A stretch of DNA of 64,000 nucleotides, from the NCBI RefSeq assembly GCF_009914755.1, contig NC_060942.1; one strand, given 5' to 3'. The translations under genes were made by a program, and so were the position numbers. The stretch comes from the human T2T-CHM13v2.0 reference genome, Homo sapiens. Under the pieces are notes generated by a model. That model had not been told where the DNA came from. It searched no databases and saw only the letters and a program-made list of their open reading frames with translations. Numbering within the stretch: the first letter of the stretch is position 1; every line of letters begins with the position of its first letter. Positions 20,846-34,676 of the stretch are shown one piece after another.

Positions 20846-23459
20846 TAGTTTCTTTGGCAAAATGTCCACATCATTTTAAAGTCTAAAACTGAAATCATGT
20901 TTAGGATCAAACCTAGGATATACTAGCTTTTCACCTTTCTTGGCTGAACACCACTCAAATAAAATTTGTTGAAATTTATACTAATAATACATACACAAAG
21001 GTAAATTCACTTTAAGAGGTTCTAAAATAAAATAATAAACTACCTAGTATATTACTGTGCACATAGATTATACCCAATAAATTAGAGCATTGTTATTACT
21101 AAATAAATATTCCAATAGTCCAAAATATGAAATACTTTTATCCCATCTCTGTGGCTCAGATTGCTATGCTACTATTTAAGCCCATTTGATCATTAGCACA
21201 AAGAGGCATAAGGAGTATAACAATTATATTCAAATGTTCTCATTTTCAAAGCTCATAATACAAGTTCTTTCAATTTTTGTGATTTGTTTTCAATCCCTTG
21301 ATCTCTTTTCTTGATTTTGTCATAAATTATTTCTGTCCTCCATAAGTGCTCCTTGCAGACCAATCATCACTCCAGACCTACCTCTTGCATGCTTTACATA
21401 TCTCAGTCTTCTCTATTACCTGCACTTTTAATCCCATCCACCACATCATTTCCAGTTTATTTAATCCCTTCCCGTTCATTTATCCATTCATCTTCCACTC
21501 TGGTTTTTAGTTCAATGGTTCTCAAACTTTTTGGTCTGAGGACCTTTTGACACTTTTTAAAAATCATCAAGAATATCAATGAGCTTCTGTCTGTGTGGTT
21601 TATATCTATGAGTACCTATTATATCAGATGTTAACACTGAGAAATTCTAAAAAATACTAATGCATCTTAAAATAGCACTCACAATCTCTTTATATGTTAA
21701 CATACATATCTTTGTGAAAATTAATTCTGCTACAAAACAAGAGCAGTGGGAAGAGTGACATTGTTTTATACTTTTGCAAATTTCTTTAGTATCTGGTTTG
21801 ATGGAAGATAATTGGATGGTCATATCTACTTCTGCATGTTATTTGTTGGAATATGTTGGATTAGTTCAGGCAAATTAAGACTATTCATCATCATGCAGAT
21901 CTATAGAAGGAAAACGGAGAAGTGTTTTCATAACCTTTTCAGATAATTATAGATTTTCTTCTTTGACACCCAACACCCAACATGGGTAATTTCTTAAGGT
22001 CGGTTTTAATATGGGATGTGAAACCATATCAGTGAAATGTTTGTAATCTGTTACAGTAAAATCAGTTGGTCTATCTTACACATTAATGGATTGGTTGCCC
22101 ATGTGTGATTTTATATCATCATGCATTATTCATTTGGAAAATATTGGTTCCCTGAGTTATGCAGATCTTTCAAATGTTGACACATTTAATTATACAATAT
22201 TAAAAAATTGTATTTGTTACTATCTCCAGCAATCTCATCACAAAAGTCTTTAAGTATTGTGAAGCTGTCAAGTTCATGGTGGTAGATAGAAGTCTTCCAA
22301 AATTCTAATTTTCACTTGAAAGCTCAAATTTTTATCATAGGCAACAACTTCTGTCAGTTGTTTCCCTTGAAGTGACAGGTTCACTTTTTTCATTTTTGAG
22401 AATGTGTCTGCCAAATAACAGATCTGAATAAGTCTCGCTTTTCTGCCAGTTGTTCTTTCAAGTAAAAATGGTATTCCACGAAAAAAATGGCTAGATCAGT
22501 TCACAGCACAAATGATCTCACAAGTACATTTCCTCAAGGTGACCATCATACCTCATTTAGCATCAGAAGTGTCTTATCCATCTTTCCCATTTAATCATAC
22601 AAAATGTTAAAAATATATACTCACCAGCCACCCCTGCCACTGGTAGTCAGGCGGACAACATCTGCTAGAGCTTCTGGCCCAGTGGTCCTGCTTCTGTGGG
22701 AACTCAGCTGGAGGATGCAACCTCCTGATGTCCTGGGAAGCACCCAGGCAGCAGAGCATGTGACCCCACCCACCCCCACCACGGATAGCCAGGCATGCAA
22801 TGTCTACTAGAGCTTCCAGCCCAGTAATGTTGCTTCCGTGGGAACTCGGACAGTTGGCATGACCTCTTGTCTGAGGAGGAATCCAAACAGCAAGGTAACA
22901 GCCCCATCCATCTCCACTGCTTGTAGCCAGGCAAGCCATGCCTGCTAGAACTTACAACTCAGCAGTCCTATTTCTGCCTGAATTTGCCAAGGAGCACAGC
23001 CTCCTGTTGCCCTGGAAACACCTGGATGGTAGGGTGGACAACTCCACTGACCCCCACCTCCCATAGTCAGATGGGTGACACCTAGAGAGCTTCCAACCCA
23101 GCGGTCCTGCTTCCACCTGAATTCAGTGGCCAGAAACAACCCTGTGTTTCCCCAGGAAGGACACAGACAGCAGATTAGATTAGGGCTGACCTGGCAAGGA
23201 TACAGTTTTTCTGCCAACCATGGCCCTTGCCTGCGAAAGCCCTCTGGACCAAAACATCTAATAACAAAAAAATGCAAGCAGAGAGAGAGTAATCAGAGAA
23301 GGCTCCTCCAAACCCATGAGCTGATTAGAATTGAAGCCAGTCAGCTGAATCCACTTTATACCATAATCAAACTCCCATGGGCATCAAAGAAGATAAAGGC
23401 AAAAAAATCCATCCGAAAGACATCAACTTCAAAGACTGAAGGAACGTCACATCACACAA

Positions 23460-24467
23460 ATTAGAAAGAACCAGCACAAGAACTCTGGCAACTCAAAAAG
23501 CCAGAGTGCCTTTTTTCCTCCAAATGAACACACTAGTTCCCCAGCAAGCGTTCTTAAGTGGGCTGAAATGACAGAAATAGAATTCAGAATATGGATAGGA
23601 GTGAAGATCATCAAGATTCACGAGATGTCAAAAGCCAATCCAAGGAAGTTAAGAATCATAATTAAAATAAAAATACAGGAGCTAATCAATGAAATAGCCA
23701 TTACAAAAAGAACCAAACTGATCTGATAGAGCTGAAAAACACACTACAAGAATTGCATAATACAATCATGAGTATTAACAGCAGATTAGACCAGGCTGAG
23801 GAAAGAATCTCAGTTCAAAGACTGGCTCTCAGAAATAACTCAGTCAGACAACAATAAAGAAAAATGAATAAATAAGAATGAACAAAACCTCTGAGAAATA
23901 TGGATGATATAAAGAGACCAAATCTACGACTAATTGGCATCCCTGAAAAAGACAGAGAAAAAGCATGCAAACTGGAAAACATATTTCAGAATATCGGCCA
24001 TGAAAGCTTCCCCAACCTCACTAGAGAGGCCAACATTCAAATCCAGAAAATGCAGAGAACCCCTGTGAGATGTTACACAAGAAGACCATCCCCAAAACAC
24101 ATAATCATCAGATTCTCCAAAGTTGAAATGAAAAAAAAAAAAAGTTAAAGGCAGCTAGACAGAAGGGGTAGGTCACCTACAAAGGGAACCCCATCAGGCT
24201 GACATGGACCTTTCAGCAGAAACCCTACAAATCAGAAGAGATTGGAGGCCTATACTGACCATTCTTGATGGAAAAAAAAAAAATCAACGAAGAATTTCAT
24301 ATCCAGCCAAACTAAGCTTCATAAGTGAAGGAGAAATAAGATTCTTTTCAGACAAGCAAATGCTAAGGGAATTTATTGCCATCAGACCTGCTTTACAAGA
24401 GGTCCTGAAAGGAACATTAAATTTGGAAAGGAAAGACCATTACCAGCCGCTACAAAAACACACTTAA
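23460..24467 (+). pseudogene. L1 ORF1 remnant
   Basis: KRPNLRLIGIPE, RRPSPKHIIIRFSKVE, RISYPAKLSFISEGEI, RPALQEVLKG; disrupted. Confidence 0.9.
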
Positions 24468-24533
24468 GTACATAGAATAGTGATACTATAAAGAAACCAC
24501 ACAAGCAAGCCTACCTAATAACCAGCTAACAAC

Positions 24534-27500
24534 ATGATGACAGGATCAAATCCACACATATCAATACTAACCTTGAATGTAAATGGACTAAATGTCTCAA
24601 TTAAAAGGCACAGAGTGCCAAACTGGTTTAAAAAAAAAGCAAGACCCAATGGTTTGTTGCCTTCAAGAGACCCATCTCACATGCAACAACACCCGTAGAC
24701 TCAAAATAAAGGGATAGAGAAAAATCTACTAAGCAAAATCTACTAAGTAAAACACTTAAAAAGCAGGGTTTGCAATCCTAATTTCAGACAAAATGGACTT
24801 TAAACCAACAAAGATTAGAAAAGATAAAGAAAGTCATTATATAAAGATATAGGGTTCATTTCAACAAGAAGACCTAACTGTCCTAAATATACATGCACCC
24901 AACACAGGAGCACCTACTTTCATAAAGCAGGTTCTTAGAGACCTACAAAGAGACTCAGATTCCCACACAATAATAGTGGGAAATTTCAACATGCTACTAA
25001 CTTATTAAGTACTAGATTATTGAGGCAGAAAATTAACAAAGATATTTAGGACCTGAACTCAACACTTGACCAAATGGATCTAACAGACATCAACAGAACT
25101 CTCCACCCCAAGCCAACACGTATATTCTTCTCATTGCCATATATTAAATACTCAAAAACTGACCACACAATCAGACACAAAACAATACTCAGCAAATTTA
25201 AAAAAAATGAAATCATACCAACCACAATCTTGGACCACAGCACAATACAAATAGAAACCTAGAAAATAACTCAAAACCATACAATTCATGGAAATTAAAC
25301 AACCTACGCCTAAATGACTTTTGGGTAAACAATGAAATTAAGACAGAAATCAAGACATTCTTTGAAACTAATAAAAACAAAGATACAATGTACCAGAATC
25401 TCTAGGACATAGCTAAGGACATGTTAAGAGGGAAGTTTATAGCAACAAACACCCACCTCAAAAAGTTAGAAAGATCTCAGATTAACAACTTATCATCACA
25501 ACTAGAAGAACTAGAGAAGCAAGAGCAAACCAACCCCAAAGATAGCAGAGGACAAGAAATAAACAAAATCAGAGCTGAACTGAAGAAATTGAAATACACA
25601 CAAAAAATACAGAAGATTAATGAATCCAGGAGTTGTTGCTTTGAAAAAATTAACAAGGTAGATTAACCACTAGCTAGACTAATTAAGAAAAAAAGAAGAT
25701 CCAAATAAACACAATTTGAAATGAAAAAAGAGATGTTACCACTGACTCCACAGAAATGCAAAAAACCATCAGAGACTACTATGAACACCTGTATGCACAC
25801 AAACTAGAAGATTTAGAAGAAATTGATAAATTCCTGGACACATACAACTTTCCAAGACTGAACCAGGAAGAAATTGAATTCCTAAACAGGTAAATAGCAA
25901 GTTCCTAAATTGAATCAGTAATAAAAGGCCTGCCAACCAAAAAAAAGCCCAGGACCAGACAGATTCACAGCCAAATTCTACCAGATGTATAAAGAAGAGC
26001 TGATGCTCTTCCTACTGAAACTATTAAAAAAAAAATAAGGTGGAGGAATTCCTTCTCAACTCATTGTGTAAGGCCAACATCATCCTGAAACCAAAACCTG
26101 GCAGAGACACAACAAAAAAAGAAAACTTCAGACCAATATCCTTGATGAACATAGATACAAAAATCTTCAACAAAGTACCAACAAACTGAGTCCAACAGCA
26201 CATCAAAAAGCTAATCCACCATTATTAACTAGGCTGTATCCCTGGGATGCAAGTTTAGTTCAACATATGCAAATCAATAAATGTGATTAATCACATAAAG
26301 AGATCTAAAAACAAAAACCACCTGATTATCTCAATAGATGCAGAAAATGCTTTCAATAAAATTCAACACTGCTTCATGTTAAAAATCCTCAGTAAACTAG
26401 GTATTGAAGGAACATACTACAAAATATTATAAGAGCCATCTATTACAAAACACAGCCAACATCATGTGATTAGGGAAAAGCTAGAAGCATTCCCTTGAAA
26501 ACTGGCACAAGACAAGGATGCCCTCTCTCACCACTCCTATTCAACATAGTATTGGAAGTTCTGGCAAGAACAATCAGGCAAGAGAAAGAAATAAAAGGCA
26601 TCCAGATAGGAAAAAAGGAAGTCAAACTATCCCTGCTTGCAGAAAAGATGATTCTATATCTAGAAAACCCTATAGTCTCTACCCAAAAGCTCCTTGATCT
26701 GATAAACAACTTCACCAAAGTTTCAGGATACAAAATCAACATTCAAAAATCACCGGCATTCCTATATACCAACAACATCCAAGGCGAGAGCCAAATCAGG
26801 AATGCAATCCCATTTACAACTGCCACAAAAAGAATAAAATACCTAGGAATACAGCTAACCAAGGAAGTGAAGATCTCACACTGCCCAAAGAAATCAGAGA
26901 TGACACAAACAAATAGAAAACATTCCATGTGTATGGATAGGAAGAATCAATATTGTTAAAATGGCCATACTGCCCAAAGCAATTTACAGATTCAATGCTA
27001 CTCCTATCAAACTGCCAATGACATTCTGCGTAGAATTAGAAAAAACTATTTTAAAATTCATATGGAACCAAAAAAGAGCCCGAATAGCCAAGGTAATCCT
27101 AAGCAAAAAAAACAAAGCTGGAGGCATCAGATTACCCAACTTTAAGCTATACCATAGGGCTACAATAACCAAAACAGCACAGTACTGGTACAAACACAGA
27201 CACATAGGCCAAAGGAACAGAGGACAGAGTGCGGAAATAGTGCCACACATCTACAACCATCTGATCTTTGACAAAGCTGACAAAAACAAGAAATGGGGAA
27301 AGGGCTCCCCACTTAATAAATGGTGCTGAGATAACTGGTTAGCCATAGGAAGATGATTGAAACTAGACCCCTACCTTATACCACATGTAAAAATCAAGTC
27401 AAGATGTATTAAAGACAAATGTAAAACTTAAAACTATAAAAACACCAGAAGATAACTAAGGAAATACCATTCTGGACATAGGATTTGGCAAAAATTTCAT

Positions 27501-27900
27501 GACAAGGACACCAAAAGCAATTGCAAGAAAAATGAACATTGACAAATTGAATCTCATTAAACTAAAGAGCTTCTGCACAGCAAAAGAAACTATCAACAGA
27601 GTAAACAGACAGTCTACAGAATGGGAGAAAATATTTGCAAACTATACAACTGACAAAAGTCTACTATCCAGAATCTATAAGGAACTTAAACAAATTTGCA
27701 AGCAAAACCCAAGCTACCCCATTAGAAAGTGGGCAAAGGATATGAACAGACATTTTTCAAAAGAAGACATGCATGTAGCCCACAAGCATATGAAAAAATG
27801 CTCAATATCACTAATCGCTAGAGAAATGCAAATCAAAACCAAAATGAGATACCATCTCACACCCGTCAGAATGCCTATTTTTAAAACAAAAAAGAAATAA
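24534..27900 (+). pseudogene. L1 ORF2 (endonuclease/RT) remnant
   Basis: MTGSNPHISILTLNVNGLN start; [21 protein letters not shown]; FADD decayed to LAEK; [18 protein letters not shown]; frameshifts and stops. Confidence 0.92.
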
Positions 27901-28399
27901 ACACACACTTTCCACAGAACCCAAAAAAGATATACTCAAGAGCTGAGATTTAATAACCTTAATAATTGTTATTGCTTCATTAAGAACATTCTTAAGTAAA
28001 ACTAGCATTTATTTTCCCATGAATGCATGACAGTAGTGAATACAATGACCACCAGTAGAGTTTAGTACCACTGACTTGATTTGTGCTAGTGTGGCTACAG
28101 TATTTCCCATGCTGAAGAACCGCTGTTTTAGGTGTCTCTGCACACTATTTAAAACCACACTTCCTTTCCTCATGAGGGCTTCAAGAACCAAGAATTGATA
28201 AAATTGCTTCTCCCCCCTTAAACTTGTGCATGTTGATACATCCCTGAGTCTCTCTACATCTTGTTTTGCCTTCAGACTTTAAGTATTTATATGAAGCATT
28301 TAAAGGATATAAACTCTTGCTGATTGCTTGATTGATTTTTTAAAAAGCTTTAGAAATCAACTGCACATTAACAGGTTAGAGTACACCTGGCTTAAGTTC

Positions 28400-28720
28400 C
28401 AAGTGACTGACTCATTAAGGAGAATGTTGAAAAGCTGGAGGGTGTCCAGGAGAGGTCAGCTGGGTGAGTTGAATGGCTAAAACCACATCCTCTTAGTACC
28501 TGTTGTGAGAACTAAAGATGTTCATACAAAAGATCTCTTGGGAGGACATAGAGGCTACCATCAAATAGAAGAATTGTGCTGTGTGGAAAAGTTATTAGAT
28601 GGCTTGCTCATAGTCCTGGAAGATTATTTTTAATTCAATATTTTTTTCTAAAAAAAAGACTTTCTAAGAACTCTCTGTCCACCAATGGAAAGGGCTATTT
28701 TGAGGTGTTGGGAGCATCAA
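28400..28720 (+). mobile_element. L3/CR1 fragment
   Basis: gaaaagctggagggtgtccaggagagg resembles CR1 LE.VQRR; CR1-like 3' region follows. Confidence 0.5.
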
Positions 28721-28867
28721 TCAACATACGTGGCACGGGCTGAAAGAAAAGGGAAACTTAGATACCAAGGCCTGGAAAAGCTCATAGTTTGCAGAAGGCT
28801 CACTTTGGAGGCCTCCCAAGCTTACCATGGCTTGCCTGCTTGTTTTCACATCTGCGTGGATAAATAA

Positions 28868-29204
<337 letters not shown>

Positions 29205-29599
29205 GGTTCACATTCCTTTTGAAAACAAGAGTTGGACTGTGGTATCCTGGGAGATGCTGTCAAAAGCCATGGAAGCAAATGCACAGGTACGCAGAAAAGC
29301 ACACAGAATTTCAAGACACCCACAGACCCCAGATTAAGAAGGCCTAAACCGATAACTTCTAATGTCTTTTCCAACTCTCAGGTTCTATATTTCCATATAT
29401 CTTAGGCATTAAGATGCCTTAATAACATTTTCATAATTTCTTGTTCCATTTATTATGAAAGTAAAAAGATATGTTTGATGAATTAAAAAATAAATTGGGC
29501 TGGGGGGATTGATTCTAGCAAAGTCAAGGTATTGCTGCCTAGTACCTAGTATCAGGAAGGATGGTTATCTCCATATCCAGTGCATGATACGGATATATA

Positions 29600-29937
29600 C
29601 TGAAGACATACCTGAGACTGGGCAATTTGTAAAGAAAAAGAGACTTAATGGACTCACAGTTGCACTTGGCTGGGGAGGCCTTACAATCATGACGGAAGGT
29701 GAAGGAGGAGCAAAGGCACGTCTTACATAGCGGCAGGCAAGAGAGCGTGAGGAGGGGAACTGCCCTTTATAAAACCATCAGATCGCAAGAGTCTTATTCA
29801 CTATCACGAGAACAGCACGAGAAAACCTGCCCTCATGATTCAATTACCTCCCACTGAGTCCCTCCCACAACACATGGGGATTATGGGAGCTACAACTCAA
29901 GATGAGATTTGGGTGGGGTCACAGCCAAACCGTATCA
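29600..29937 (-). mobile_element. THE1 solo LTR, partial
   Basis: gacatacctgagactgggcaattt...gatgagatttgggtggggtcacagccaaaccgtatca. Confidence 0.9.
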
Positions 29938-30289
29938 GCCAGATAGGTTTTAAAAGCCTTTATGGGGTGGTGGAAACAAGTGGACATTGGAAATCAATCA
30001 GAGACAGGATCAGGACTTGTTTGTGGACTCAAGTGTCTTGTTTGGGTGCGTTAGATGAATCATTTAACCCCACCTATAAAATATATGTATGTTTGTATGT
30101 TTTCACACCTCTCACAGAAATATTGTAGTTATAAAGTAAGTGGTATCGTCGGGGTTTTTTTTCCCCAAGATAAAGCTCTACCAACACTGGGATTTATTAA
30201 AATTTGTTTGAATGCTTGCCTCAGGAAACTATTTACTGAGAAAACTGAAAAATTAGTTGGTCAAAGGAAATGCAGCTAATACTCTGTGA

Positions 30290-30720
30290 TTAGAGCAGCA
30301 CATTTAACACAGTGTCTCATTAAATGCTCTTTGACAAATTCACTTAGATTATCTTGGTTATGACTTGTGACAAGGACCAAGAAATGGCTTGAAGGCCTGG
30401 CAGGCCAAAGTGACAGTAAATGGTCGCTGAGTTGTGAGAAAATGCAACAGGGAAGGTGCAGGGGCAGGGAGGATAAAGAAGGGAGCTTCATGAATTGATG
30501 CTTGACCTGGTCTTATTTGATATCCTCATTAATGATACGGAAGAGGCGTAAATAGCCTGTTAATTAAATTTTCAAATGAGACTAAATTAGGAGTTGTTGT
30601 AAACAGGCTCAAGGACGAAGTAACAGGAAGGCACCTTGAAAGGCTGGAAGGATGGGCTTGAACAGAAAAAGCCAAAAACGTGTGTGTTCTAGAAGCAAGC
30701 AGTGGGCAAGAAACAGTAGG
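30290..30720 (+). mobile_element. L3/CR1 RT fragment
   Basis: cctggtcttatttgatatcctcattaatgat...attaaattttcaaatgagactaaattagga resembles CR1 PVLFNIFIND...KFADDTKLG. Confidence 0.6.
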
Positions 30721-31130
30721 AGCCCCTGCATGTCTTTTGGGTTCTCTTGTTCCTCCTTTATTTTCTCGCTCTGGTGGAGCAGATGCCTATCAATACCACT
30801 TGGGGGCATTCAGGTCTGCACACCTTGAAGCTTGCTCACATTCTGCCTGAAGGGTCTATTCTGGCCTTAGGAGTAGGAGAAGCCAGCAGTATGGGAAAGT
30901 TAATGCCCCAGAAACAGCTCTCAGCCAAAGGTGAATGGAGGGGAGTAGATAAATACCCCCACCTTCTTCACCCCTCTGTTTGGGTAACTCCAGATGGCTG
31001 CCAGAATTCCTCAGCAAGACAGACCTTCAGCTGCCCAGGGAGGTAAGTGGCATGAGGTTGAGCCCTTTATTGGCTTCCTTTCCTTTCCTATCACTTCCCA
31101 GCTCATCTACCAAGGTTGGGTGGGATCACC
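30721..31130 (+). mobile_element. ERVL LTR16-like fragment
   Basis: gggaaagttaatgccccagaaacagctctcagccaa...gggagtagataaatacccc resembles the LTR16 group; a short MST-like LTR piece follows at about 31133-31190. Confidence 0.55.
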
Positions 31131-31417
31131 TCTGTCTCGGTCAATTTTTTGCTGCTATAATAGAATACCATAGACCAGGTAATTTAAAATGAACCCAGGG
31201 ACCCAGGGGACATTTGCAAAAGCAGGCTGAGTACCTTTAATGGGGTTTGGATTCATGTTTAGGATTAAAATCCTAAGTCGGTCAACCAAGCCCACCTGTC
31301 CCATTAGACTCATGTTTCTGAAGATACAGTACCATGTAAAACAGGGTTCTCAAAGAGTGGTCTAGAAACCAGCAGTTCAGACTCACCTGGGAACTTGTTT
31401 TAAAAATGCACATTCTT

Positions 31418-32086
<669 letters not shown>

Positions 32087-32224
32087 AGAAATGCAAATTC
32101 TTGAGCCCCACCCCAAACCAAATTAATCAGCAATTCTAGAAATGAGGACTAGCCATTCGTGTTTTAAAGAGCTCTCCAACTGATTCGGATACCTGCTGAA
32201 GTTTGAGAACCAGTGGTTTACTAG

Positions 32225-32410
32225 GACTGAATCCAGACTCATGGACACCATGGTACTGTGGGCAAGTTAAACACATCTCCTGGCCTCAGTTTCCTCTCTA
32301 TGAAAAAGGGGATAATGATAAGAAAACCTTCAAGGGACTGATGTAAGAATTAAACAAAACAATGTGTGTAAACTACCTAACACATCATCTCAAACACAGG
32401 AAATAGTGAT
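32225..32410 (+). mobile_element. MIR fragment
   Basis: gggcaagttaa...ggcctcagtttcctc...ggggataatgata...gtaagaattaaa. Confidence 0.65.
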
Positions 32411-33963
32411 GTCTTTCCCTACCTCCCTCTCCCCTGAGACAGATGACAGTTCAGTGCAACTTTGATTCCTAAGACGTGGCTCTAATTTAAACTGAGGGTG
32501 GATTCTGCTTTGTCCCATGGACTTTGAAAAAGGGATTTTTATAACCAGTATACTCTCAAGTGACTGTGTCTAAAGCCCCAGGACAGACTGGAAGAGACAA
32601 GTGAGCAAAATGTGCTGACAGTTTTCAGGAGAGCATTGCTGGAAAAATCCTTGGCCATATTGAGTCTTTGTAGTTCAGGTTAGTATCTACCTTTCCACTA
32701 GCTTATTTATCATCAGGAATAGATACTGGAGAAACTAGAGCCTCGATGGCCCCATGAATGTCAGCACACCTGAGATAAGGCCAGATCCCCAAGGCAGTGA
32801 CCCCGTTTCTCTGGCCTTAGAACGGTACCTCTTTTGACTTTCTCATGGTTATGTAACTTAACCACATGTCCCTGGCGTCCTCCGCACTCACTTGTAGGGC
32901 TAATTGGCCCGTTTTCTTATATTTCTTATGCTCAAAAGAAAGGCATCCTTTCCATGTCTCAATGTCCCAATGACCCAACCACAGAACAAGGCATTCTACC
33001 CTCACCCTCATTTGTCATGGTACAAACAACCAAATGTCACCTCAGTAAATATTAGTGGAAATAAATTAACTAAAGAAACCCAAAACCCATGGGACATATG
33101 GAATTACATTAGAATCTGTGAACAATGGGGTGATAATGGTAATAACCTATGTCCAAGGAGACTTTTTCACAGAACTGAAAACACTTTACAATTAAGTGCC
33201 ACATCAGTGCTAAATTTATTAGTGGGTAATTGGATGCAGCCTTAGCAAAACTCAGGCTGGACAGTACCACCCCTACCCAGTGGAAAGCTATTCTTTTCAT
33301 CACTACCAAAAAAGCTCCTCCCAGCACTCCCATCAATAAGAAAATACAGCAGCTTTGAATCTGAACTGTAGTGAGCCAAATCGAGGTTATCTCAAAACAT
33401 TGCAACTAAAAATGTATCTTTCCATAACATGGAGAGATAATCTATACCCCAAGATTTATTTTTTTAGCATAACAATGGTTTCAGCAGGAGTGCTATATCA
33501 TACAGTGGAGTTCAAGCATCCTTTTCAAATACATTCAAATTTCAGTGCCAAGGGCATTGAATTCCTCTCTGTGCTTGATCCTGAACAATGCTGTAGAAAA
33601 TACAAATAAGTGGTTTAAAAGGTCCATAAGAATGCAAAACATGCAATTCCATTATGGTATCATATGAGAATGATATAGTATCAACATGATAATGAAGCAA
33701 AAGAGAAGGTTCCATCAACTCTGGCTTAGAGAACACATTTAACAAATGAAATCTGGATAAAAGCAGAATGGCTGATAGCAACTCTAGGAAGTTAAAGAAA
33801 TCCCCTATGCAACATGTTTTATTTTTATGTATCTAACTGGTGAAATTTGATAATTTGTATTTGAAAACTGTAAGGAAGAAAATCTGAGCCTTCCAATTTA
33901 AAATTATAACTGGATTACAACTCTGGACACACTACCATCAGCCTTTCCATAAAAATATTTATA

Positions 33964-34268
<305 letters not shown>

Positions 34269-34579
34269 ATCTATGAAGACCCAGAAGATGAAACACCACA
34301 GAATAAGAAAACTGGGATTTGCAGTCAAACTCTTACCAGAATTTTGGAGAAAGCTCTACTAATCAAGAAGCAATAAACCAGATTGGAAAACTTGCTTCGT
34401 GACTCACCAGTTGTATGTCGGGCTGAAAAAATGCTCCCATTGTCAACCAAGATTCAGGCATTCATCATCTGTGCCAATCACAAAATTGGAGAGCTGATTT
34501 TCCCCATCATGGGGGTGCACTGGAGTGCCCTCTACTCCAATCAATATTTCTCTATATATCTCTACTCAAAGACAGCAAT

Positions 34580-34676
34580 AATAATATTAATAATGACAAC
34601 CGCAGCTATTACTTAGAATTTCCTATACACTCTGCTAAGTGCTTTACAAGCATTACCTCATTTAAACCTTGCAACA
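34580..34676 (-). mobile_element. MIR, left part (continues at 38353-38500)
   Basis: ctctgctaagtgctttaca...ctcatttaaaccttgcaaca; resumes as gctattgttatcttcattttagggaactgaag. Confidence 0.7.

Larger units (their letters stand above)
22624..27923 (+). mobile_element. Old primate L1 (L1PA13-16/L1P4-like) with 5'UTR repeats, ORF1 and ORF2 remnants
   Basis: About four ~140-bp 5'UTR repeats (ctagagcttc near 22664, 22807, 22945, 23084); 15-bp TSD aaaaatatatactca (22609-22623) and aaaaagatatactca (27924-27938) after TT|AAAA. Confidence 0.92.
21513..28125 (+). mobile_element. Charlie1a-like hAT DNA transposon (21513-22623 and 27924-28125), split by an L1
   Basis: TIRs caatggttctcaaa and tgaagaaccgctg; 8-bp TSD ttttagtt (21505-21512) and ttttaggt (28126-28133); body continues across the L1. 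Confidence 0.85.

Noticed and set aside
22624-23200. About 140-bp tandem array as a novel repeat
   Set aside because: Sits between the L1 TSD and ORF1, consistent with the repeated 5'UTR of old primate L1 families.
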